Below are positions 53,378 through 64,000 of a stretch of 64,000 bases of DNA, in pieces. The translations under genes and the position numbers were made by a program. Source of the DNA: Mobula hypostoma (lineage: Eukaryota); the NCBI RefSeq assembly GCF_963921235.1, contig NC_086097.1, forward strand, positions 108,564,001-108,628,000. Direction: 5' to 3'. The notes beneath the pieces are model-generated. The model saw only the letters and a program-made list of their open reading frames with translations. It did not search any database and was not told where the DNA came from. Every line of letters begins with the position of its first letter. Position 1 is the stretch's first letter.

Positions 53378-55139
53378 TGAGTGCCAGGTAGGGACCAAAG
53401 GTGGACTAACCGCCTTGAAAAGGACGCGACATGTTCCCCAACCAGAGGTGCTGCCCCTCCCTGACACTTCATGTACCCCAAACACACAACTGTGATTGCC
53501 ACTTATCCAGTTCCAGAACATACGAAATAACTCCCAACAGTGATTTGCCATGGGGGGCCTTTCTTCAGTAAACTACCACACCCAAACAAGGGTAACGCAC
53601 AAGTGATAGTCACAAAGATACTACACTCACCAGAGAACCCACTGTTGTGGATTAACTACGTGACAGTCACACCTTCGTATTCGAATGGAACTCAAACTCA
53701 CCCTTACAGGCTACTTAGGAAGAGTCCAAACAGTGACCTCTTTGTCACTAGGTTTCTTCTGTTTCAAATCTTCCTCTGCCCTCTGCAAATTTCTTCTAGT
53801 TGCAGTACTTGTGACAGTCGTTTATCAATACCCTGGATCGTTCAAAGAGCAAAATTACTTTTAACTGTACATTACAGAATATATAAAGCAATACATATGT
53901 GATTATCATGTAGCACATTACAGAAGTGTATACAAATACTAGTTTCTATTTCACTTTTAAACTTAACATTCAGTCAACCTACCATGATATTGTCTTTATC
54001 TTTCACATGCTTTGTTACAAAAAAGTCAGATTCCTGCAAAACCAGATCCTGTTATATTCAAAATCTCATTTGGTCACCCATTTTCCCTTTTTCCACCCTT
54101 CACCACAGAACACTTAACCATCACGTGATCAGTTTGCTTACTAGCTCAAATAGATGCTTGCACAGGTGCCAACTTACTACTCCTGTTTTCTAAACTAAAC
54201 ACATTCGTAGAACTGCCAAACAAGTCATTAATTCCAAACAACTCATTAATTTTATTTCCACGATCGTTAGTTCTATATACTTCCATAATAATACCTGCAG
54301 ATGGTCCCTCTTGGTCAAAGCAACACTTCCAAGTTCTGTCTCTCCACACCACAAACTTGGTAAACAACCCCATGTTTATTTTGATATTCCAAAACAAACT
54401 GTAACAGACTAGCAGGCACCTTGTTACCAAACCACTGTCCCTTCAGCAAAGTCAACGGTCCTGAATCCAATCCAGACTTCAAATTTACCTTATTCAAAGG
54501 TTCAGAATCAACACCTTTTCCAATACCGTCATAATTTCAATATTTTCAAGCTTGCTATACTTCTCAAAGTAATCTCTTAAGGCTGATTTATACTTGTGTG
54601 TGCTAGCTTGTGCCGTAGCCTATGCAAGTGGGCTACGCCATTGTGAACATTTATACTTGTGCATTGATGTGTCTGCATTGCTCTGCAATTCACTGCCAAA
54701 ATACTAGTTGGCAGTGGGGTTTCTATGCCACTGTGTTGAGTTTCTTCGTGTTGAAACTCAGCACGAAGAAACTCAAACTTCAAACAATGGCGACTGAAAC
54801 TGAAGGAGGGTGAATTTTCTGTATGTGCAGTGTAGTGTCACTTAACAGAATCAGGAATTTTGAGCCAAAATTGATTTGTCGAAAAAAATCAGTACGTACA
54901 CGCATGCACACACACCTGCCCATGCAAGGCTTCATGGTCATGGTAGTCTTTCTCGGGGTAAACCAAGTTTAAAGCGAGCGTCTTTTTCCGTAAAAGCAAA
55001 AATCCTCTTTCAGTTAACCAAAACAGGTACTAATGTAGGTCTTTCGTAAAAGCAAAATGTATCCTCCATAATTTCGGATGGATGTACCTGTTCCAACTTA
55101 CTAAGTCAGAGAACTTCTGTTTTTTTTGATCCTGATCCT

Positions 55140-55360
55140 CCCGTATACTTTAAATCATCTCTAGATTACTTATAATACCTAATATAATGCAAATGCTATG
55201 TAAAATAGTTGTTATACTGCATTGTTTAGGGAGTAATGACAAGAAAAAAAATCTTTTACATACTCGAACAACAAGTGCTGGAAGAGCACTTCCAGGTTTT
55301 CTCGATTTGCGATTGGTTGAATTTGCGCATGCGGAACTGGCGGATAAGGAGGGCCGACTG
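55140..55360. mobile_element. Tigger-like MITE fragment (one TIR)
   Basis: Terminus ...GGATAAGGAGGGCCGACTG|TA and internal TCATCTCTAGATTACTTATAATACCTAAT, typical of Tigger3/MER8-like elements. Confidence 0.7.
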
Positions 55361-55480
55361 TACTTCTGATACACTGGAATAGGTCACAAACCCAAATTCC
55401 CTTGAACGTTTTGATACCGCTTCCCTCATCACCACACAATCTGTTAGTTGTCCCCATTGCTCGAAGTGCTTCCTTATCGC
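55361..55480 (-). pseudogene. Processed pseudogene fragment of an hnRNP A/B family gene (RRM1)
   Basis: [38 protein letters not shown] matches hnRNP A1/A2B1/A3 RRM1, including RNP1 (RGFGFVTY). Confidence 0.85.
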
Positions 55481-55482
55481 CT

Positions 55483-58210
55483 CTGACTCTGACCCTGACC
55501 GCGACTGGAACCATGGCCTCTCGGACATGGGCACTAGCCCCCAGCGGGTCGTGGACTCACTGGTCTCCGACTCAAACCTCAGTTCTGGCGCCCTGCAGGC
55601 TACAGGCTCCGCCACCCCCAGCTCCAGATCCAGCCCGGACCGAGGTCCTGACCCTCTCCAGACTGGGACTGCTCTTACTGCCACTGGGTCCTCCTGCTCG
55701 TCTTATTCCTCCACTACCCTCTTTCCTCCCTGCGACTCCCAACCTTCCCCCGACACCTCATCACCCTTCCATTCCTCTGATCCCTCATCCTCCCCTAACC
55801 CTGCTCTCCCTGAATAACCCCACCCCCCCGCTCCTGAGACCTCCCACTCTTCACCCTCCCCTGACCCCAGCCCCAATCCTTGCCGTGTCTTCACCATCCT
55901 CTCTGACCTTCCCCTCTCTGAGGCAGAATGTTCTGTCCTTAGCAAGGACTTCACTTTTGTCCCCCTCGGTCCACATCTCAGTGAGTTCTGTGCCCGCCAT
56001 GACACTGAACTATTCTTCAGTCGCCTAAGTCTCCAAGCCTACTTCTTTGGCAAGGATTCCCCTCCCCTTACTGATGACCCCTTCTCCTGTCTTCAGCCCT
56101 CCTCCTCCTCCTGGACACCTCGCCCGGGCCTTCTACCTGCACTCGATCTTTTCATCTCCAACTGTCGCTGAGATATCAACTGTCTCAACTTCACCACTCC
56201 TCTCTCCTGTTCCAACCTCACTCCCTCTGAATACACTGCCCTCCACTCTCTCCACACTAATCCTAACCTCACCATCAAACCCGCAGACAAAGGTGTTGCC
56301 GTAGTAGTCTGGCGGACGGACCTCTACCTCACTGAGGCTAAACGGCAGCTCTCTACACCTCCTCTTACTTACCCCTGGAACAGGACCCCACCAAAAAACA
56401 TCAAAAACCATTGTCTCCTGTACCATCGCCACCCTTATCAACTCCGGAGGCCTTCCATCCTCAGCCACTAAACTCATAATTCCCACACCCCGTACTGCTC
56501 GGTTTTACCTCCTTCCCAAGATCCACAAGCCTGACTGTCCCAGTAGACCCATAGTTTCTGCCTGCTCCTGCCCCACCGAACTTGTATCTGCATACCAGAC
56601 TCCATTTTGTCACCCACAGTTCAGTCCCTCCCCACCTACATCTGGGATACATCCCATGCCCTCCACCTCTTCAATAACTTTCAGTTCTCCAGTCCCGACT
56701 GCTTCATTTTCACTATGGATGTCCAATCCTTATACACCTCCATTCCCCATCAAGAAGGCCTCAAAGCCCTCCGCTACTTTCTAGACAATAGACCTCACCA
56801 GTTCCCCACCACCACTACCCTCCTCCGGTTGGCGGAACTGGTACTCACACTTAATAACTTCTGTTTTGGGTCTTCCCACTTTCTTCAGACCAAGGGTGTA
56901 GCTATGGGCACTCACATGGGCCCCAGCTATGCCTGCCTCTTCGTTTGTTATGTGGAACAGTCTGTACTCCAAACCTATACTGGTACTGCTCCCCAACTTT
57001 TCCTTCGCTACATTGACGACTACATTGGTGCTGCTTCCTGCACCCATGCTGAGCTCGTCAATTTCATCGACTTTACTTCAAACTTCCACCCAGCCCTCAA
57101 ATTCACTTGGTCTATCTCGAGCACTTCTCTCCCCTTTCTCAATCTCTCGGTCTCCATCTCTGGAGACAGACTGTCCACTGACATCTTCTACAAGCCCACT
57201 GACTCTCATAACTACCTGGACTATACCTCTTCCCCACCCCACCACATGCAAAAATGCCATTCCCTATTCCCAGTTCCTCCGTCTCTGCTGCATCTGCTCC
57301 CAGGATGAGGCTTTCCGTTCCAGGACATCTCAAATGTCCTCTTTCTTTAAGGATTGTGGTTTCCCTTCTGCTATCATCAATGGTGCCCTCACCCGCATCT
57401 CCTCCATTTCCCGCACTTCGGCTCTCACCCCATCCTCCCACCACCACAACAGGGACAGAGTTCCTCTTGTCCTCACCTACCACCCACCAGCCTCCGGATC
57501 CAGCACATTATCCTCTGCAACTTCAGCCACCTTCAACAGGACCCCATCACCAAGCACACCTTTCCCTCTCTGCTTTCCGCAGGGATCGTTCCCTCTGCAA
57601 CTCCCTGGTCCACACATCCCTTCCCACGGATCTCCCTCCCGGCACTTATCCCTGTAAGCGTAAGTGCTACGTCTGTCCCTACACCTCTTCTCTTGCCACC
57701 ATTCCAGGTGAGGCAACACTTCACTTGTGAGTTTGTTGGGATCATCTATTGCATCCGGTGCTCTTGGTGTGGCCTCCTCTACATCAGTGAAACCTGACGC
57801 AGATTGGGGGACTGCTTTGTCGAGCACCTCCACTCCGTCCACTACAATAGACAGGATCTCCCGGTTGCCACCCAGTTCAACTCTGCTTCACATTCCCATT
57901 CGGATATGTCCATACATGGCCTCCTCTACTGCCATGATGAGGCTAAACTCAGGTTGGAGAAGCAACACCTCATATACCGTCTAGGTAGTCTCCAGCCCCT
58001 TGGTATGAACATTGAATTCTCCAACTTTCGATAATTCCCTCCCCCTCCTTTCCCCTGTCCCAATTTCATTCTGCCCCCTCCCCCAGCTGCCTACTACCTC
58101 CCTCATGGTTCTGCCTCCTTCTACTGCCCATTGTGTTTTCCCCTATTCCTTCTTCACCTTTCCTGCCTATCACCTCCCTGCTTCCCCTCCCCCACCCCTT
58201 TATCTTTGCC
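55483..58210 (+). mobile_element. Penelope-like retroelement, long decayed copy (RT plus GIY-YIG)
   Basis: IKPADKG, FYLLPKIHKP..P.RPIVS, FTMDVQSLYTSIPH, QTKGVAMGT.MGPSYA, RYIDD, FTCEFVGIIYCIRC..CGLLYISET. Confidence 0.95.
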
Positions 58211-59289
58211 TTCTTTATCACAGACTTGACCTGACAGTAAACTTTTTGGAAGTCTTGCCTGAAGACTCCTTAGTCCCTCTGCACCTCTGATGTTTGAATA
58301 TTCTCCCCATTAAAATAATAGCCTGCACTATTGTTCCTTTTACCAAAATGCATTGTTATACATTTCCCAACATTCTTCCAATTTATCTAAGTCCTTACAC
58401 TAAGTAGTCTAAAGGCTATTTGGTGTCAGTCAAATGTTGTCTTTTCAGGAACAACTACCCATGACTCTTGGGTAATGTTGGCTGTTTTGTTCATTTGTGG
58501 AATACCAGGTTGTACCGAGCCTGGAGCCACCTTGTCAAATTAAAAGTATTGTTTTATTTTGTTATGTCATAGAAGGAGGCCATTCTGCCCATCAAATCTA
58601 TGCTAGATCTCACAGCAATCGTATCATAACCTATTCTGTCACACTTTCCCCTCTTCCCACCCCTCTTCTGCTCCAATTTTTCCCATCGGCTACTAGCCCT
58701 GGGGAAAATCATGATGGCCAATTAACTTAATAACCAGCAAGTCTTTGGGATGCTGAGGAAAGTGGAGCATCCTTGAGGAACCCACAGAATCATAGGGGGA
58801 ACACTCAAACTCCAATCGGATGGCACCAGTCAGAATCGAACCCCAGTAATTAGAGATGTGAGAGTTAGCATCAGAGAGAATGTTACTGGTGAGAAAGCGT
58901 TGCTTAATAGCTCTATCAGCAATATCTTTTCATTCAGAGTAGTATTTGGTGATGTATATGTACTTTGATAATGTACTTTAAACTTTTTAAAACGCTCACT
59001 GTGTTTTTCTCTTTCCCAGCTAATGAATTGGACCATTGAGCGTGATTCAAACTGCAGCATTAATGCTGCATCTCTCCAATACAACTGAAGCACAGTTAAC
59101 AATTAGTTAAACTTGCCCATGCATGTTTAGATTTTTCAGACTTTTTTTTGCATGGGAGGTTGATGAGAATGCAAGTTTATATGGCAGAACAAGTGAAATC
59201 AGATACTTGAGAAAACAAGTCAAGCAAATGTTATCTCCTGAGAGAATCTGACTGAAGAATTGTGGAACTTACGGAATTGATAAATAAAT

Positions 59290-59665
59290 TAAGTTCAAAG
59301 TAAATTGATTATCAAAGTACATGTATGTTACCACATACTATCTTGAGATTCATTTTCTTGCAAGCCTTTACAGGAAAATAGAAACACAATAACATTCTAC
59401 ATAAATATACGCCATTATGCAAAAGAAGACAAACTGTTCAAATAAAAAAATAATACTGAGAACATGAGTTGTAAAGAGTCCTTGAAAGTGAGTCTGTAAG
59501 ATGTGGAATCAGTTCAGTGTTGAGGTGAGTGAAGTTATCCATGCCGTTTCTGGAGTCTGATGGTTGTAGGGTAACAACTGTTCCCAGACCTGGTGGGTGT
59601 GGGACCGAAGGCTCCTGTACCTCTTTCCAATGGTAGTAGCGAGAAGAGAGCATAGCCTGAATGGT
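59290..59665 (-). mobile_element. Rex1/Babar 3' fragment
   Basis: Same 3' sequence family as 7916-8255 and 28000-28660. Confidence 0.7.
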
Positions 59666-62105
59666 CATCTACTTGCGTTGCAAGCACATAGAAATGGAGA
59701 TGAAGTGAAAGTTTGGATTAAGAGATAGACAAAGATAAAAATATTTCAAGAGTTTTGAAAATTGTCCCTTATCAATTAATTTCTGAAAGAATGAGAATCT
59801 ATACTTGTGATTGTTTGAAGAGCCATCCAGATTGATAAGCACATACATAAATGACCATGATTCAGGATATGGACTTGGAAATAATGGGTCAGATTTATTT
59901 ATTTTCTTTGTATCTGCCTTGCTAGTAATGTAATTTCATACTGGTTAGTGGTGAGGCAGACAACAACATGCTTCCATCTTTCTAAAACTAATAACAGAGC
60001 AACAAAAATTAATCAGTAAGTTTGAACGTCTGTGCTTAAACTTACATCTTCCACTTTACTGAATTTGCTGGGCCATTTGTGCCATGAGCACAAAATCATG
60101 TCTTTAAAAACAAATTCCAGCTCACTAAAAGTTCACATTACAAAAATTTACAGTATGAAAATAGTATGAAAGTAGAAAATCCAATTATCCAATGTTTAAA
60201 ACTGTATTCCTTTGAGACCTGATAGGAAAAAATGATTCATCCACAGATGACAAGAGAAGTTAAACATAGTGTTAAATCAAAGGAAGAGATTTATGAAATT
60301 ACCAGAAATAGCAGTAGGCCTGAGGATTGGGAGCACTTTAGATCTCTTCAATTTCTTAGTTCACCTCTGCTAAGGAAAGGGTAATATGCAGTGTTGGAGT
60401 AGATTGGTGAGAAAGTTAAACCTGGATTATATGAACTTTAGTCGGTATGCAGTTGTGTGTATAAAAAAAGTTGCCCGAAACATCAAAGGCATAGAAAGAG
60501 GGAGGAACTAAGGAATAAGTAATTCGAGAGTTTATTGTTGAACTTGTTGGCTGATAAAGTTCAAGGAGCAGATGATCAATGTCCCAATATTTTCTGCTTT
60601 AGTTTTGTAAGTTTTGTCATGACCTGTTAGAAACAATAAAGATTGTGAGTAGGGCTGACAAAAATGTATTGAATACCTTCCTCTCCATGAAATGCTAATT
60701 ATGCTGCTTTTATTTTGATTCAAGCTGTCCATTGGATTTTGTTGCGAAGAAACATCAATCTTTTAGAAAATTTATTTAGTAAAACCATAAGTTATGTTCC
60801 ACTTTTCATCATTTGATTTGGAAGAATCCTTTATTTATCAAAAATTTAATTTGAAAGATACAGCAAATTTAAGTTAGTAAAACAAATATTATAATGCTCA
60901 GCCCCATGCCAATAATTTCCACTCTGTCATATGTTAATTTTATTGAGCATTGTGTATTCTATGTAATAAATCTGTTGACTCGTCTTTGGATGGAAGCAGT
61001 GGCCACACCAGCTCCAACCAATGGTGAAATTTTTTGTCCTGTTCATCTTTTCTGTGACCCTAAAACACTGCTGAACATTAAGAACACTAAAATCTGCAAG
61101 TTTACCTTGCTAGTGAGAGGAATATGAAGGTGCTGCGCAATTATGAACTAACACGGGGAGTGGGCTCTCATTCTATGCTGCGGTCTACTACAGCTACTCG
61201 AGAAAGTGGTGTGCTTGAATGCAGAAGTGTGGTAAGGGCAGTGGTATTAAAGCAAGACTTGAAACAGATCCCTGCCGGCTTGATTCTACTCGCTAACTTC
61301 TGAAAATAAACTGGATTGTCTGCCTGAACCAGCGGGGGGCCATTGCATACTCACCTTGACAGAGTAGTCATATCTTAAAGACTGCATTCCAGACTCAGGA
61401 TCATTGGGGTCTCCCTCTCCCCCCCCCCCCATTTGTGATATTTACTAGAAGCATTGCAGATGAAGGGCCCAAAGCATTGTTGTCGATCCCTACCATCCAT
61501 CCCACTATCTCTTTGACCCACTACTGTCAGGACTAGGACTGGCAGACTGGGTAACAGCAGCAGCTTCTTCCCTCTGGCTGTAAGACTAAGGAATACCCTG
61601 CCACCACTGAGGTCTCATCACTGGGACAGTGAGCTGTTTATTTGTGTTATCTTTTACTACACACATTTGGATTTGTATTTTATTAACTTAGAGTATAAAT
61701 ATTGTGGTTTATGTGCTGTGTTTGATGTGTTGTCTGAGTACATTGTGGTCCGGGGGAACATTGTTTCATTTGGTTGTATATGTGCCCAGTCAGATGACAT
61801 TAAACTTGAACTTGATATATAATTTTATTGAACATAGTGTATTCATGAAGTAAACATGTTGACAGAGCTTTGGAGTTAGTCTTTTTGGTAAAAGTATAAG
61901 CAATTATTTTGCAGAAATTAGTTTCTGTTTATATTACAGAATTCTACTATTTTTTTGGCTTGGCAAGTGCTTTTTTTGCATTATTCAATGATGGCAATTA
62001 AAATGGACTCCCGTGCTAACTAAGAATATATACTAATGGTAAAACTGTATTTTAATTCTGTGTCAGTCAATTCATTATTGATGACTTCTTTTGTCTGAAT
62101 TTCAG

Positions 62106-62258
62106 CTTGCTAAAAATCTGCCTCCTCGAACTGTTGGCTACCCGTGGACTCTAATTTACAGCACTTCAAAGCATGGCATGAGTCTGAAGACACTGTACCG
62201 TAGTATGACAGGTGTCGATACACCAATGCTGCTAGTTATTAAAGACAGCGATGGCCAG
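62106..62258 (+). CDS. OXR1: OXR1 TLDc exon LAKNLPPRTVGYPWTLIYSTSKHGMSLKTLYRSMTGVDTPMLLVIKDSDGQ
   Basis: Acceptor tttcag|CTT; donor CAG|GTACAG; 153 nt. Classic TLDc motif LPPRT.GYPW.L.Y.T..HG.SLKTLYR. Confidence 0.97.
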
Positions 62259-62285
62259 GTACAGCAAAGACATTTAAAAGACAGA

Positions 62286-62522
62286 GGTAACACACATCAA
62301 AGTTGCTGGTGAACGTAGCAGGCCAGGCAGCATCTCTCGGAAGAGGTACAATCGACGTTTCAGGCCGAGACCCTTCGTCAGGACAGTCCTGACGAAGGGT
62401 CTTGGCCTGAAACGTCGATTGTACCTCTTCCGAGAGATGCTGCCTGGCCTGCTACGTTCACCAGCAACTTTGATGTGTGTTGCTTGAATTTCCAGCACCT
62501 GCAGAATTCCTGTTGTTTGCGT
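62286..62522 (+). mobile_element. Palindromic Penelope-derived mini-element with two inverted hammerhead motifs
   Basis: 96-bp arms (62289-62384 and 62386-62481) with one mismatch and a 1-nt centre. TSD TTTAAAAGACAGA at 62273-62285 and 62523-62535. Confidence 0.92.
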
Positions 62523-62994
62523 TTTAAAAGACAGACGTGTTACTTTTATGTCATACATGAAAAAATATACTGTTAACTTTTCACAAAGGTAGTATTTCAA
62601 AACAGTAAAATATACACATTCCTATAGTATTTCACTCTGCCTTGCTGATTTTCAGAATTTTGACATTTTTTTAGTTTCAGTTGGGTGGTGCTATGAGTGT
62701 TGTCACTTGATAGGTTGTATGATATTTCAAGCCATGACGGCTGGCTTTGTTCCCCATTGCTGTACAGACCCTTCCATCTACTCCACCTCAACAACTTGCA
62801 TTCAGTTGTGGAACATAAAACTGCTGGAGGAACTCAGTCTGTTGTGTTTCCACTCAGTTTTGGGCTTGTGAATTACTGTACTGGGAGTCTCAGAAGTTAA
62901 TAGCATCAGCAGCCTATGAGTATAACTTGTTTACAATTTTGGTAGTTTAAGAAATGTTCAGATTAATTTCTATTATCCTGTTCTATGCCCACAG

Positions 62995-63090
62995 CTATTT
63001 GGTGCACTAGCATCAGAGCCATTTAAAGTTAGCGATTGTTTTTATGGCACAGGGGAGACGTTCCTTTTCACATTTTATCCAGAATTTAAG
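62995..63090 (+). CDS. OXR1: OXR1 TLDc exon LFGALASEPFKVSDCFYGTGETFLFTFYPEFK
   Basis: Acceptor cccacag|CTA; donor AAG|GTAAGA; 96 nt. TLDc motif FGA....P......FYGTGETF.F. Confidence 0.97.
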
Positions 63091-64000
63091 GTAAGAAAAC
63101 AAATTGATCAGATCCACTTCCCAGTTTTAAATGTTGTTACTTAATAAACAATATAAACAGTGCAGCCAAATTTTTGAAGTACTGGAATATTTGTATTTAA
63201 CAAACAGTTGAAATTAAGTGATTTGAACAAAAAGAGTTGACTGTAGTAAGTGATTAGAACAATTGTAATGGTATTGACATTTTGATTAAGAAAAATAAAT
63301 TCAATTGAATCTTTTACAAATAATTTTAATGTCAATCACATGTAGCACTCAATATTGATCAAGGGTATAAAATTTGATTGCATTGAAATTTCAGACAAGT
63401 GATTTGAAAGAACGAGCTTTGTTTTCCAACCATTTTCTTATTGAAACCTTTTTACAACTCTAACAATAATGCAGTTGTTATACGTACATGTCATAAATAT
63501 GTATTGATATATATCAATGGTCTTTAAATTTCAAATGAACGGATTCTGTTTTGATATTTGTGGCTGATCCAGTTGAGTTTCTGGTCAATGTGACTCTTAG
63601 GATCGCTGGGGAATTAACATACATGAGCATAGACCAGAAATTGTGCCTTAATGCAACATCACATGTGAACAAGTACTACCTAGATGTTGAGGCCATTTAA
63701 GAGTTAACCACATGGAGTGGCTCATTGAGTAGACACGTGCTGTTTAAGTGGCAGTATATTAGCTACCCTGCCAATTTAGGGGTGAGGGGGTGGGTTATAT
63801 ATTTTATGCCAACAAACATTTGCCCAGTTAATGGCTATTTTGCTGCATATAGTTTCTGAATGTATACTGGCAGCATATATGCAGAAAGGAAAGCCCTTTG
63901 CATCCTCTACTGTTGGCACCAGTGATCTGGCTGTATGTCCAAAAGAGGGCAGCACAGTTGCATAGTGGTTAGCAGAATGCTTTCCAGTAAAGATGACCAT

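Larger units (their letters stand above)
51810..54576 (-). mobile_element. LTR-like element (TG...CA end, AATAAA on minus strand) interrupted by RTE-like and CR1 inserts
   Basis: Begins TGTTATGTAC abruptly within a CR1 fragment; ATTTTATT at about 51891. No TSD, PBS or PPT confirmed. Confidence 0.4.

Noticed and set aside
54581..55135. Possible Harbinger-like DNA element starting TAA|GGCTGATTTATAC
   Set aside because: Only one putative TIR is seen; there is no partner end or TSD.
62091..63090. Assignment of the TLDc exons to NCOA7 or TLDC2
   Set aside because: The upstream exons VVSVTEYHRRIDALN and ITTREE are characteristic of OXR1.
1..64000. CRISPR arrays, tRNA/rRNA genes, prokaryotic systems
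   Set aside because: No regularly spaced repeats or structural RNA genes seen. The tRNA-like heads belong to SINEs, and the sequence is a vertebrate intron landscape.

Overview
Vertebrate genomic DNA, AT-rich and dense in repeats. The repeat landscape (abundant CR1, Rex1/Babar, Penelope, L1/Tx1, V-SINE-like SINEs) suggests a cartilaginous fish, probably a ray; this is an inference. The window lies inside the OXR1 gene on the + strand. I find four internal phase-0 coding exons (40123-40203, 41324-41449, 62106-62258, 62995-63090) encoding the pre-TLDc linker and the N-terminal part of the TLDc domain. A CpG island at about 23.5-24.1 kb holds a probable alternative first exon (23743-23823) for the short TLDc-only isoform, ending in a non-canonical GC donor. 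Nearly all other ORFs in the track are transposon debris. Highlights: (1) Penelope-derived minimal hammerhead ribozyme motifs on both strands, including a 237-bp palindromic mini-element with two back-to-back hammerheads and a 13-bp TSD, inserted 28 nt after an OXR1 5' splice site. (2) A nested Tc1 > full-length L1 > Rex1/micro-retroinsert structure with recoverable TSDs. (3) An intronless hnRNP A/B RRM1 retro-fragment. All family assignments come from motif recognition by eye, not from database searches.
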